Of a stretch of DNA of 64,000 nucleotides, positions 1 through 13,104 are shown one piece after another. The notes beneath the pieces were generated by a model. It was given only the letters and a program-made list of their open reading frames with translations. It did no database searches and had not been told where the DNA came from. Origin of the DNA: Camelus dromedarius (Eukaryota); NCBI RefSeq assembly GCF_036321535.1, contig NC_087437.1, positions 102,860,001-102,924,000 on the forward strand, in the 5' to 3' direction. How positions within the stretch are numbered: the stretch's first letter is position 1; each line of letters starts with the position of its first letter. The position numbers and the translations under genes were made by a program.

Positions 1-844
1 CTGGCAAAATGAACAAAGTTATTTTCATGAACAGTAATTCTCTGATTGAAAATATGGTGACATTAAATTTCATGGAACTTGGGAGAACTTAACAAAAATC
101 AAATCCTAGACAGTTGAAATACCAAATATCAAACAATGAGAGAGAAAAAGAAAACATGGTTAAGAAGTTTGTGGAAGAAAAGTACTAAAAGTTACTTTAT
201 ATGTGTTCCTCTAAGTAAAGGTAAAACCAGTGAGCTTGGGAAATGGCTTATTGATTTATGAGATAGTTACTCAAGCTAAAATAGAATTATTTTACCTCTT
301 TATATGTGTTATATTCTAACTACCCGTCTAATCTTTTAAGTCTCTGTCAATTTCAATATTATTTCCCATATTCGTGGGCTTCAGTTGTCTTTAAAAATAG
401 CCACCCTAGTGGCAATTCATATCAATAATAACAATGAACAATAAACTGTCCTGTATCAAGAACTATGAGAGTGTAGAAATTATACATTATATACCATATA
501 TCATATATATAGTACATGGAAAATCCTGGTGAGGATAGAAGATATAAACAAGTATAATGTTAAGTAGCAATGCAAAAAGTCTTTCAGGGACTGTCACAAT
601 ACTATAAAATTGAATGGATTAATAAATATTACAAACAGTAACTACAGAAGGAGTAGAGATCATCAGTGTTTGGGAGGTGGGGAGAAGGCAGTGGAATTGA
701 GAATGCTGAAGTGAGAAATTGTCATTATGCAGACAGTAACTAAAGACAGAATACGGAAGTAGGACCATATTTTGGTCAAAAACGCGTGGTAATAAATGTG
801 GTCTTCATGATGTATATAAAGAAGCCATTAAATACCTTTTAAGT

Positions 845-1315
845 TGTTGAATAACTGAGCAGGACCCTGTGGAGCCTTCCCGGGACAGACCCCTCCCCCA
901 TATTCTCTGCTGTAGCTCCTTTCTGATAATCATATCTCATGAATATTTCCTGAGTTTTTCAGATGCTAAAAACCGCCACCAAAGGGAAGAAATTAACTAC
1001 TTGATGATTATGAGCACATAGCCCCAGACCTGGTGCCTAACGACTGATAATGTTAAACACCCTGTTATCTCAACATCAACCAATCAGAGAATTGTGCACG
1101 AGCTGATCATGAACCCTGGGACGCCCCTCCCACACCTTCCCTTTAAAATGCTTTAGCTGAAACCCTTCGAAGAGTTCGGGGTTTTCTTGGGCATGAGCCC
1201 CTGCCCCTTATCCTTCCTTGGCCCTGCAGTAAACCATTCTCTGCTCCAAACTCCAAAGTTTCAGTATTTTTCGGCTTCACTGTGCATTGGGCACAGAAAC
1301 TTGAGTTTGATAACA
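845..1315 (+). mobile_element. Solo LTR, ERV1-like
   Basis: Begins TGTTG and ends TAACA (TG..CA termini). Contains a CCAAT box (aaccaatcag ~1078), a TATA-like ctttaaaa (~1141) and a polyA-like agtaaa (~1228). GC-richer than the flanks. TSD only imperfect. Confidence 0.8.
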
Positions 1316-1445
1316 AACGTTCTTTATTACTAATTTAGGTTACGTGCAATGTATTTGTATCATATTTACTTTAATATGTCGACTTTTATTTCATTTTAAT
1401 GAATACAAAATATTTATAAAGGTGCTTTCTACATTGACTTATAAC

Positions 1446-1868
1446 ATTTTATTGTGGTAAATATATATAATATATAATTTACCATTTTAACCATTTTTAT
1501 GTGTACTGTTCAGGGACCTTGTTCATATTGTTGTGCAGTCATTACCACCATTTATCTCCAAACCTTTTTCATCTTCCCAAACTGAAATTCTGTACACATC
1601 AAGCTGTAATTCCCAATTTCCTCCTGCCCCTCACCCCTGGCAACCATAGTTCTGCTTTTTGTCTCTATGAATTTGATTGTTGTATATACCTCATATAAGT
1701 GGAATCATACAATATTTGATTTTTGTGGCTGGCTTATTTCACTCAGTTTAACGTCTTCAAGGCTCATTTATGTTGTAGCAGGTGTCAGAATTGCTTTCAT
1801 TTTTTTAAGACTGAGTAATATTTCATTGTATGTATATGCATATTTTGTTTATCCATTCATCTGTTGAT
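1446..1868 (-). mobile_element. L1MB-like LINE-1 3' UTR fragment
   Basis: Typical antisense L1M 3' end: ttttattgtggtaaa...aatttaccattttaaccattttt...cccctggcaaccat...ataagtggaatcatacaatattt...ggcttatttcactcag. Confidence 0.85.
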
Positions 1869-2087
1869 CACCCTATTTTTAATTTTTATTCACTAAGCCT
1901 TCCCTTTTGAATTCTATAAGATTTCCATTTTTACCACCATAAACACTCTGTGAAGATTTTCAAGTGATTAAATTTTATAGCTGTTGGTATACTATTACAA
2001 ATCCATGACTAAAGATAACTGAAAATACTATAAGATAGAGATGGCAATATTTAATCCAGTATTTATTTCTTTAGCATATTATTTGGA

Positions 2088-2510
2088 GATGGTAATTCAT
2101 AAAGTCGTAGGGTAACTATAAAATTTTAAAGTTTATTGACATTGAGTTATAATGTGTTATGTCCAGCGTGTTGGTCCTCAATTATAATGTAAAATTCAAT
2201 ATATCATGCAAAATTGCAATGAACATGATGAGATAACCCAGCATTTCCATAAGACTCTGCCCAAGTTATCTCTTGCACCACAGAAGTGTTGTCTCTGATT
2301 TTCACTGCACCTTTAGTATAACCAAGGATGAAATAATTAAGGCATTCATATGAGCTTGATACCCACTCTGTGTAACCACATTGTTCAGGACAGCTTTGGA
2401 GGTTATCATTCAATAATTCCCTCACTACTCTGGCATAATGGGATAGTGCAGTACTTTGTTGGAACCACGTCAGATGACATTCCCCTCGCTTGTCAAATGC
2501 AAGCATTTAT
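2088..2510 (-). mobile_element. Ancient Tc1/mariner-superfamily DNA transposon remnant (DNA1_Mam/EutTc1-like) with degenerate transposase C-terminal half
   Basis: ORF 2204..2506 reads WFQQSTALSHYARVVRELLNDN..EW...LNYFILGYTK..VKIRD. This resembles the Tc1/maT-type motifs WFQQDGAPAH-VR-LN...W-P-SPDL-P-DFFLWGYLK. Confidence 0.75.
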
Positions 2511-2589
2511 AGTCACTTAACATGATCGATAAGTCAACTACGTACTTATATTTCTGTTCTCTGTGACCACAGTGTATGTCAGGCTCATC

Positions 2590-2722
2590 TCTCTTACTTC
2601 GTAGAAGAGGGACTTGAAACTCTGATTGTGGATTTAAATGACTTGCAAAAGTATTTGATTCTCAGCAAGTCAGGAATAGAACTAAGCTATCCTGATTCTC
2701 TAGCCCTTTCTACAGTACTGTG
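2590..2722 (-). mobile_element. MIR fragment
   Basis: Degenerate MIR core in antisense (gaaactctga...ttaaatgacttgc...ggaatagaactaag...cctgattctc). Confidence 0.5.
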
Positions 2723-4507
2723 TTCTTTATAGTTTCTAATGTGTTATTTTTGTTATAAGTTTGGTTGCTTAGCCCTGGTTTGATATAATTATACTTCCAT
2801 AATTGTGTATTGAAATTGTCACTATTAAAACCACATTTAATATCTTATCTCCGTAGAAAAATATCCAACTGTGCAATATCCCTGTCCAAGGTATAAAATG
2901 TAAAGAAATGTAATTAATTGTCATCAATTTGATTATATTACAAAAAAGATGCAATGCATAGTTTAAAATATTTAAATGAATTTAAAATAAATGAACTCCG
3001 GACTCTGATAACTCAGAGGCTGGTTTCAGGGATGTTTGTTGAGATGGATAAAACCAATATGTACTGATGGACACAGTAGCTGATGGATAGTATCCAGTTA
3101 ACGTAAGTGGATATTCTACAGGATTACATGGATAGGTTTAAAGCCTAGGAGACACTACAAATCTGTATTCTCCATGATGACCGGAGGTGATTAAAAACAA
3201 GAATGTATTCAAAGGCAGTTACTGTTAATCCATAATCAGTTCGGGGTATGGTACCTTTGTATCTACCCGTGTTTGTTAATGCCCAAATGCAATCGGAGGC
3301 TTACAGATAAGCTTGGCTTTGCTGCAGGGTTGAGAGGTCTGGGTGGCTATCTATGGCAATTCCATGAATCCTCAGCATCCTGTGCCAGTAAATCTCTACT
3401 TTGTCCCAAAGTCACAATACCTGGTATAATTGCTCATGTTTTAAACATTTGTTGGCTGTCTTTTATTGGAGTATTCAATCTATAAATCCCATTTGAACAT
3501 GATTCAATACAGAAATATAAAATGAAAAAAAATTGTTTCAAAGAAAAACCTCTAAAGAGAAACTGAGAAAATTTTGTTTGAAAAAAGGAAAAACTTTATT
3601 GTATAAGATGAGGTAGTTTAAGAACATGATCACGAACATCAGCATTTTCAAAAGAAGTTCGACAGAATTATAATTTGTGTTACAAGGGAGATGAACTGAA
3701 AACATCCTCTGTACTGCTTTTATGGGATTTTTAAAAGCTGACTATGCATTTAATGCAGCACATAATGAAACTTGGACCCTTATAATTTGCTAAAAAAATA
3801 CACTTAAACAAAAAGGATGTCTTTAGTTTCTGTTCTGATCTCTTTGAATGCTTTGCTAAGTAATTATTTCAGGCTTATACTTGCAAAAAAAATTGTTAGA
3901 AAATTAGAGTCATTTAATTTTTTTTTACTGTTTTCTTTTGTGCACATTTCGCTTTGTCTAGTTTTCTCTTTTAAAGATCTTTATAGTTCTGTCAGTTAAG
4001 TTTGAGACATGTCATTCCTTCTTCCTTCCTTTGTTTCTTCCCTAACTATTATTTGTTTTAAAACTGGGTCAGTCTACTTTGATTTCATTTCCTTCCGTTT
4101 GGGAGATTATTGATTCTAAAATAAAGACGCCCCCTGACATCCGATATTGCATATGATTCACAAAACACAGTTTTTAGAGTCCTCGCAATGAAGTATGTGA
4201 GTATGAAAAACTGTACAGGTTATCTACTTGGATATTTTTTTTTCATGCCCAGTGAAAAACAACATAATTCTGCTCAAAATAGACTTTTTCTTGGAGCAAA
4301 ATGCAGAGACTCCCACAAGGCACAAACCCTTTCTCAGCTTTCCTCCTTCCTCCGGCCAGGGCGGGTCAGGGCATTGAAGGAGGACTCTTTTTTTTATTTT
4401 TTTGCAGAGTGAGTACATTGACATAGAGTGTGAGGTGACTGCAACCTTGGCCAAATTGCTGAGGCTGATTTCTTCCCATTATCAGAGATTGTTTATCAGA
4501 GAAAAGA

Positions 4508-4690
4508 AGGCAGTGTGTTGAGTGGAGAGGTCAGAGAAGTAAGATGTTGAATCTTTTTCTGCCGTACCTAGGATCTGTAGTTTGGAGCAGGTTACTCAAA
4601 TTCTCTCAGTTTCAGATTTTTATTTAGGTAAAAGGGGGATAACACTTCCTTTTCAAGAAAACTTTATGACAAGACATTTGAGATGAAGCA
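4508..4690 (+). mobile_element. MIR fragment
   Basis: ggcagtgtg...ttggagcaggttactcaaattctctcagtttcagattttt...aaagggggataacac resembles the MIR core. Confidence 0.55.
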
Positions 4691-4866
4691 CTAGTCATTG
4701 ATTAGTGATGCCATCATTTGCAACCTGGGTGATGATTGTTTAAGGAAGATTACATGTAGCATTGGAATTGACTTAATGTTTTACTTCATCCCAGTATCTC
4801 CACATGAGATGATTTAAACCTAAAAAAAAAAAAAGAAAACATTCTTCTTTCTGTTATAGATTTTAG

Positions 4867-4900
4867 GTTTGGTTTGTTTGTTTGTTTGTTTGTTTGTTTT
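4867..4900. repeat. (TTTG)n microsatellite
   Basis: Direct reading. Confidence 0.95.
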
Positions 4901-6369
4901 CCCCTCAATAGGATAGATCCTCAATTACCTTTTAAAGATAAATGAAGGATTACTAAGAAAGAATAATCTATAGGTCACTGTATAGGAATAAAAATAATAT
5001 ATCCCTGTTTCTCCATCTTCTTTCTCAATTTTACATTAATGAGGCTCAAGGTATAACCTTTTGTAAATGATAATGCCTTTATGTAATTAATACCCTAAAA
5101 AGTAACCCAACGCCTTTACTTTCATATTTTAAATGCACATTTTATAAGTGAAAACTGAAGAGAAGTACAGAATAAAAATTCTGTTTCTCCTGCAAGAGGA
5201 AATAAAATAGTTCATATACATAAAAGAAGCAGGAACTCAAAATGTTAAGATGAATTTGAGATGAACTTTCACTGATTCCACTGCAAAAAAAAGTTACAGG
5301 TGTATTTTAACTAATTTTTAATAAACAGACTATAGGCAAATATTTTATGGCACAGTTTTATTCATTTACTGGCATGCCATTTTACTCATTACTTGATTTA
5401 GGGAGAAAAATTTCATATGACTTTCACAGGCTAAGTTGCACCTAACCCTTCAAAATAAGGTATTGATGAGGTATGACAGTGAATTTTGAAGATAACTTCA
5501 TTTAGAGAATCCTGTGATCAAATGTTGGTTTTAAGTTAACAGGAATGATAACAGAGTTATCTATAGTTAGTAAAACTGAAGTCGGTGAAATTCAAAATCA
5601 TAACATACCATAAATATGGCTTAATTTTAAGTAAAATATGTTATCTCATATTTAAGGGGAGTGGATTTTTGTTCCATGTAAACATATAACAAAATAGAAG
5701 TATTTAGTATTATTACCTCTAGCTTAGACCCAACTTTTCTATCAGGGAAAATCACATATGTATATATTTGAGTGCTTGTGTGTGAATTTGAGGCTTGGGT
5801 ATATATTGTTTTTTTTTAATCACTTAATAGTTATAATAATTAAATAGATAAATGAGTTAATTGTATTGTCACCCTGCTTTTCCTACATACAGGCAAAGGG
5901 GACGAAGAGTCTGAAATTAACAAATAACTCACTGTTCGCTGGTGATTTTCCTTTGTAGATTGAAACAAGGCTGTTATATTAAGACATGTACTTGTGGTAT
6001 TTCTTTTGGATTGACTTGCATATAACTCATTACTCTGAATTCTTGTTTCATCTTAAAGATCATTTTCACTTTCCTCTTTGTTAATAGAGAATTTCATTTC
6101 TTCACTACACTTTTAGCAAGACTCTAAAACGAGTGAGAAACTGTGACAGCACTGATGGGTGTTTTAGAGATAGAAATATGTCTTTGACCTCAATAAATTT
6201 ATGTTCAGAGGGGAAATAAGACTGAGGCAGCAACACCTGATGCTATCAGGATTGCTTACCACGAGTGTTTTGAAGAGGATAAACAAAATATTGCAGTAAT
6301 TGGTAGGAAATGACTACCATATGTTACCAATTTTGCTTTAGTTTGCTTTGCTCTTTTTCCTTTTGAATT

Positions 6370-6800
6370 CTTTATTCACTGCATTCTTATTCAGGTCATC
6401 ATCATCTTTCTCCTGTTATTGTAGTTTCCTTTACATCACTCTTATTTCTATTCCCTATTGACCTGGTCTATCCCCCACACTCTCAGTGGAATATTTTCTT
6501 AAAAGACTCATCTGCTTGAAAATATTGATGGCTTCCCATCTGTCTGACACTGAGACCATGCTCACCGGCTTTCCACAAATATGCTTTTGCCAAGTGGGCA
6601 CACGGTGTCTGTTGCATTTTTCAAACAGACATTCAGTGCTATTCACTGTTCCCGAAATAAGACATCCAGTTTCTAACTTCATCCATTTTCTTTTCCCTGT
6701 GCTTAGAACACCCTTCCGTTGCTGCCCCTTCCTGGAAACATAATGCTTATTTTTGAAGATGCCACTAAAATTTCACCTCAGACTTCCTAAGTCAGAATGG
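6370..6800 (+). mobile_element. Degenerate L2 fragment
   Basis: Pyrimidine-rich L2-like text (caggtcatcatcatctttctcctg...ctgcttgaaaatattgatggcttccc). Confidence 0.4.
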
Positions 6801-9279
6801 ATAACATAATTAAATCAAGATAAAACATTGATTCGTACCCTTTAGATTTATTACTTTTTGAATTATTTTGAAGTTATTTAGGTAAATTTCTACCCTTGTC
6901 ACTATCTTTGAGCTCCTGGAACTCAGAAGGACAGTGCATTATTTTTTAAGAATTCTCCATGTTTTACTCCTGTCGGAGATCAAAAAAGACTTGATGGTAA
7001 TAAGGAGTGTGGTACTATATAGATTCAGCCTACTCTTGTATGGAAGAATAGGTCATAATTTCTGATTTTTAAGCATAAAATGTGGACCATCCTCTAACCA
7101 TTGACGTGTGGCACTTAATTGTCTTGTTTCACAGAATGTTTAATCCAATACCTTAATGGTAATTAAATTTACTTTGAAAAGTAGCTAGCTCAGTAAAAAT
7201 TAGATTTTTTTATTGACGACTTTGTTAAAAGTGATACTAAATATTGCTACGAATTTTGCTTTTATTACCACTGCTATTACACCAAATGATACTACAATTA
7301 ATAGCCAAGGTGCTTTGAATTTTCCATCCACAGTAAAGAGTACTTTTGGATCTTATCTGAGTCTTTGGTGTCCACTGAAGTCTTTGCTGGGCTGGTCATC
7401 TTTGTGTCATGTGTTTCATTGTAGTAGAACTACAGTTTTTCCATCCCTTATTCTGTGTTCCACCTACACTTATATTTTCATAGATTCACCAAGTTTCTCA
7501 CGTCTCTGGGCCTTTGCATCTCAGCTGCCACTTCCTAAAACGCCCTTCCACTTTTTCTGGACTTTTATGCAGTTTCAGGATTGAGGACAAATATCGAAAC
7601 ATCACTGGCTGGATTCCTCAGCTTACACTGGCCTCTCAAGAGTTCCTGCTGTATCTCACGTCCATTTTGTCTGACTTCTCCTACTTTCAGTTGAGCTTAA
7701 AAGCCATAGGCTGTGGGGATGGGCTCTTTTATGGTGAAATGTTCACCACAGGTTGAGCTGTCATAGCAGGAGAGTTGGGATTCTTGATGCAGATGTGCCT
7801 TTTCTGCTAGGATGTGGGTGAGGATATGTTTCTGAAGGTAGGATTACAGGCACCTGAAGGCAGTTCTGAAGACATCTAGTGCTGTGAATAAAGGTTAGTT
7901 TCTCATTTTTATTGCCGTTTTCTTGTAGGTTAGTATCAGCTTACTACTTTAAATCTGGGAGCAGATCCGTTACTCAGTATATAGAATTTATTATAGAAAT
8001 TCACAGGAGGAAATTAATTTATCATGCAGTTTATGGAAACTATATAAAATAAAACCTTGAGATTTAATTTATTTGAAGGAAAATATTAAGGGAGTTTTAA
8101 TGTTCCAGTGCAGAATAACCTTCCTATAGGAATACATTGGAGGCTTTCTCAAAGGACCCAAGGAGAAAACAGGAGGACACATTTTTTTAAATGAGATAGA
8201 GTGTTGTTTGTAATCAGTCAACATATTTACTATAAGTTAGATAAGGAATGAGTGAAGATTGAAGTGACAAATAGTATTAGTGATGTTGAAACACCAGGGG
8301 ATGCCTTTTATGGCCATGACTTATGAAAGAGAATCTCAAAACAGAATAGAAGCAGACTTTGGTGACACAGAGGGAAAAGAGAAGAAAAAAAAAATTGCCA
8401 AAGCATGTTTCCTCTTTTGATATAACAACTCATTTTGCAGAAAGAAAGGTTTACTCCTAAACCAGGAGCTAAATCAATTACTCACTTTCCATTCTGTTTG
8501 TAAGGAAATGTATAGTTGGCAGAACTGTAAGCACACGGTAGACAGCTCTTCAAAATATATGCTATATCTTGTAAGGTCAGAGCAGGTTTATCTCATCTTC
8601 CTACACTGCTTCATTTGTGTATAATGCAATGCTTGGATACATAATGTTGATTTTGAGGTGCTGTAAGGATCAGAACCATCAAAGAGCCATGAGGATGCTT
8701 CAGTGGAGCAAAATGTCACCACCTCAGAAACTGGGCAATTAGACATTTTGAAAGTTTTTCAATAATGAGATGTGTAACAGTGGTTGTGGCGGTGCTTAAA
8801 TGTGAGTCCTAAATAAAATGGACAGTTAATTTAACTAGAATATGTGAACAGAGCAGTTGTATTTGTGTTAAAAGCTTTACAGTTTATGCCTCCACAATTT
8901 CCCAGTTCAAACGTGTGCCTGAGTGTGTATAATGCTCTTCCTATATTTAGTCCTTAAAGTTGTTTTGTGTGTGCTTATGTCTTACTGATTTTTTTCAAAT
9001 TGAAATTAGTTTTTTTTTTTCAAATACAAAAATCAATCCATCCTTTTAATAATGACGTTTACTGTTTTGTGGACATACTTAACATTGTCACATGTCTTCC
9101 CTGGAAGATGACAACAATTACATGGGAGTTCTGGTTGTTTCTAAGATGTAGGTTATGCATCATTGCTTTTCTCCTTAAATCCTTTGTTGATAATTGCTTG
9201 CATTAGGAAGGAAATTGCAGGTTTGACAAGCACCAAAGCATCCTTTCCATATTCCACTGGGGATTTACCTTGGCTGTCT

Positions 9280-9666
9280 TTCATTTACGCTTTCAGGTCC
9301 CCTCCACCCTCTTTTGCGCTCTGCTCTTGTCCTGGAAACTGACATGTATTTCAGCCAGTAGGAAACTCTGTCAAGAGACTAAAGAGGAGGAAGTCTGATT
9401 ATTTATTCCCCTGACTTCCTCCTCCTCGAGGCTGTGTCCTGCCTGAGTGCCACTGTTTCCCTAACTGTACCCCATAACCTCTCCTTCCATCCGTCCCTTG
9501 TTCCAACCAATGACAACAGCTCCTCTGCTGCTAGCTCTGGTCCCTCAGCACTCCTTTGTGGTCCCCCTGTACCTCACCCACAGCTTTGTAATTAGTCTCT
9601 TTGTAAATCAGGTGTTCTCTTAATTTGCGTGTACATCTGTATTCTATAGGGACCTGGGGAGATACA
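9280..9666 (+). mobile_element. LTR33-like ERVL LTR
   Basis: tatttattcccctgacttcctcc...acagctcctctgctgctagctctgg...cccacagctttgtaattagtctctt...gggacctggggagataca matches the recalled LTR33 3' half. Confidence 0.7.
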
Positions 9667-10624
9667 GATTCTGCATGATGCAGACAGGACTGGGAATCTA
9701 GTGAGATGGGAAATGGTGAGAATATTGCTTAAGTACTAAGAATGCATCCCATTTGGATTCTGGCCTCAGAATGTGGAGGACAGTCTTCTGTTTAGCTTTG
9801 GTTTTGACCTTTGGACAGTCAAAATGATGAAGGTCTGCTTTAGCATCATTTCTGGCAAATCTGTTCAGCAATTGTGTGATCACATAGGGACTAAATCTAA
9901 CTAAGATTAGTATATCAGGAATAAGTCATGTCATTGAATTTACTCTTACTGTATGAGTATCATCTTTCAAATACATGTAAGCTCTCTAAATTTATCCTGA
10001 AATAAATCTCTTACTTGTTTTATATGTTGAAATTCTGTAAAATGATGTGGAACTGTAACTGTGTTATACCAAGTATATGACACTATATTAAATAATAATA
10101 AAGTGCTTTTAAATTGTATATGAAATTAATACCTTTCAAATAGTTAAATACAATCCAGGTTAGCAATCAATACAACTATTAAGAAAGGACATTACCTAGG
10201 TCACTTTAGGGGGAACCTTATATCTTTATCAAGCCTAGTAAGTGTCAATAAAATTATAAATAATGGAAAGCCAGAATAATAGATATTATATTATGCCAAA
10301 ATTATGATTCATAGTTAATTGCTTAATGTATTCATATCCATGCTATTAAATGAAATAATCTTCAAAGATTATTCTTTGAATACAGATTTTCTTTCTGTAA
10401 AGAAAAAGTTGTGTTGAAATTCTTCACATTTTGAGAATAAATTAAAAAAAGAACGTCAATGTTGTTACCTCAAACCTTCATATGAGAGGGAAACCCCAAA
10501 CTAAATGTCACAACCCCCATAATCAGTCATGTTGCATACAGACACATTTTGGTGAGTCTTATAGCCCAGAGGTTCATTGTCTGATTAATTTTTTTCTTCA
10601 GTATCAGCTTTGGGGAGTTTCTTA

Positions 10625-10877
10625 AAATTAAGATTTAATTGGCATATAACATTGTGTAAGTTTAAGGTGTACAACACGTTGACTTGATAAATTTATAGAT
10701 TGCAATATGATTAGCACCGTCATGTTATACCACTATATTGTATCTCAGAACTGTCATTTCCTTTTTTGTGGTGAGAACAGTTAAGATCTAATCACTTAGA
10801 AACTGCGAAGTGTCTAATACAGTATTGCTGACTGTACCTACTATGCTGTGTGTTTGGTCTCCAGGACTTATTTATGA
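10625..10877 (-). mobile_element. L1MA9-like 3' end
   Basis: aattggcatataacattgtgtaagtttaaggtgtacaac...ttttgtggtgagaacagttaagatcta...aatacagtattg...ctccaggacttattt. Confidence 0.8.
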
Positions 10878-12029
10878 TTTCAGTGATCAGTGTTTGACAG
10901 AACTATTTTCTGAGCACATCCATTCACAGCCAGAGACACTTACAGGTGGCAGTTTTTAGGCTGCAGGGATCATAGATTTATAATTTGGGTAGTGAGCCAT
11001 ATTAGGAGAATGTTTTGTGAGTTTTTTGTTTCTATTATTATTTTTTTAGCAAAAACTGGCCATTAGAAACTTTCCACTCAATACAAGGACTTTAGAACTA
11101 GAGAAGTTACGCTTTGCAAAAAATAAAATAAAATCTTTATTTGAAGATGCAATTAAAATTACCCTAAAATAAGTATTTGGGAATAATTACTATCAATAAA
11201 GAAACCTAGCACTTAAAATAATTTTGTTTTCTGAAAAATGTTGCACAATAGAATTCTCAAAGTTATGATGCAATTTAGAGTATCGCTGCGTATTTTGATC
11301 AGAAAACTTCTATGAGCCTTTTCTCTCCCTTAAGTATCTGTCCCATCTGCTGTCTATTAGTGGCAATCAAACCACAGTGAAGAATCACATTAAAAAGCAC
11401 CACTTTTTTTTTCTGTTAGTTCCCTGAGATGCTCTCACTACAGATATTAGTGCAGCAAGGCTAAATATTTCCCTGGACATCAGTTTCTAGCTGAAGCTAG
11501 ATGCCTATGCCAGAATGAATTTGTCTGAAACTGGGATTTGAGCATGGATGCCCGTGGCATCTAAAACAACTGCTCTCCGATTTCTCTTCCTTTTTCTCTG
11601 TTTATGTCTCTTAGTTATTTTGCCCCTGTGACTTCTCATCGCATCCTCCACTGAATCTATCACTGCTTTCTGCATAATATATTTAAACTGTCTGTCCACG
11701 TGTTTCTGACAGTCCACTGACTATATTTGAATGGTAAGACATGATAATATCTCTTCTTTTGAATTTGTAAGTAGATCCCCTGTGTGCATTAAATTGCAAC
11801 TCCTAGTTTAAAAGCAGCCAACCTATTTACATAGTTTAACCAAGAGACCATCTTCTGAAACAGAGAATAAACACTCAAAGCCAACAAATGTCAGTGCAGT
11901 TAACACCGACAGCCTCAACAGCAGTAAATGAGTAGGGATGTGAGAATTCCAGGAGGGCAGTGTAAACTGCTCCTGCCTCGGGCATCTTTCTACCCAAGAT
12001 CTGATCCAAGCACCTGTAGCTTCAGCAGC

Positions 12030-12151
12030 CACTAGAAGGTCATTTACAGAGCAGCATCTCGGATCATCCTCCAGACATACTCAGTCAGAATTTGCCATTC
12101 ACAATTTCCCACATGACATGTATATACATTTAAGATTTGAGAAGCATTGCT
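12030..12151. mobile_element. MER5-like hAT-Charlie fragment
   Basis: ccagacatactcagtcagaat...aagatttgagaagcattgct resembles a MER5 terminus. Confidence 0.55.
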
Positions 12152-12849
12152 TTTTCTTCCCTTTTTTACTTTACTTGTGTCTTCCTGTCTATTCTCTGTT
12201 CACTTGATATTTTTTAATACTTAAGATATATGTGGATTTTTAATGTGATAGTTCTTAATTTAAAAAAATCAAGTTCAGTTTTTATTATCACTTTTTAATA
12301 TTTTCTGAGCCAACAATGCAAACTGAAAATACCATTAGTTCTGGGAGGCTACCAGTTTGCAAAGGGTAAAACACGCAGTGTCAAAAGTGAATGGGGCAGC
12401 CTTCATCTTGTATTGTCAGGAAACAGTGATATCTTAAATATCCTAGCAAAACTACTCATGGAAAAAAAATCAGGTATTGCCATCAGTAGATATGCCAAGC
12501 CTAATTTAGTTTTTAATAAATGCCACTGGTTCTTTTTACATATAATGCTGCCTGCTGTCACCACTCCACCCCAGTGTATTGTATTCATACAGCAGCTACA
12601 GTGACCCTTTAAGAACAGAAGCTGAAACTATCAGTTCCTCCAGTGGTTTCTTTGTTACTCAGGGAATAAAAGACAGAACCTTGCAAGCTTTTTGAAAGGT
12701 TCTCACTGCAGTTTTTCCTTTTAAAATTTATGTCCAGTTACCCTGCTTGCTGTTGCTTCAGCCACCTAGGAAAAGCCTCTATGTTCTCTACCCAGGTGTG
12801 TGCATGGCTTGCCCTCCCCCAACCTCAGTGCTGTCCCAAATGTTTTTTA

Positions 12850-12983
12850 GGAGGGAGGGTATAGCTCAAGTGGTAGAGCACATGCTTAGCATGCATTGAG
12901 GTCCTGGGTTCAATCCCCAGTACCTCCTCTAAGAATAAATCAATGAATAAACGTAAGTACCTCCCCCGCACCAAACAAACAAA
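12850..12983 (+). mobile_element. vic-1-type camelid SINE (tRNA-Ala AGC derived)
   Basis: GGGAGGGTATAGCTCAAGTGGTAGAGCACATGCTTAGCATGC..GAGGTCCTGGGTTCAATCCCCAGTACCTCC (A and B boxes, AGC anticodon), then an A-rich linker, CTCCCCC and an A-rich tail. Flanking direct repeat CCAAATGT at 12836-12843 and 12985-12992. Confidence 0.9.
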
Positions 12984-13104
12984 GCCAAATGTCATTTTTT
13001 ACCATGAGACCATTTCTTATGGAAACTGGAAATCAGTAGCCCCCCATCCTCACTCCAGCATTGCCCTCTTGTGTGCTTTTCCTCCAGCGCGTTTGTCATC
13101 ATCT

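Noticed and set aside
4125..4140. CTCF-like CAGGGGGCG (minus strand)
   Set aside because: The 5' half of the core motif does not match.
12850..12930. tRNA-Ala(AGC) gene
   Set aside because: It is followed by a SINE-specific linker and A-rich tail and flanked by a TSD, so it is the head of a vic-1-type SINE.
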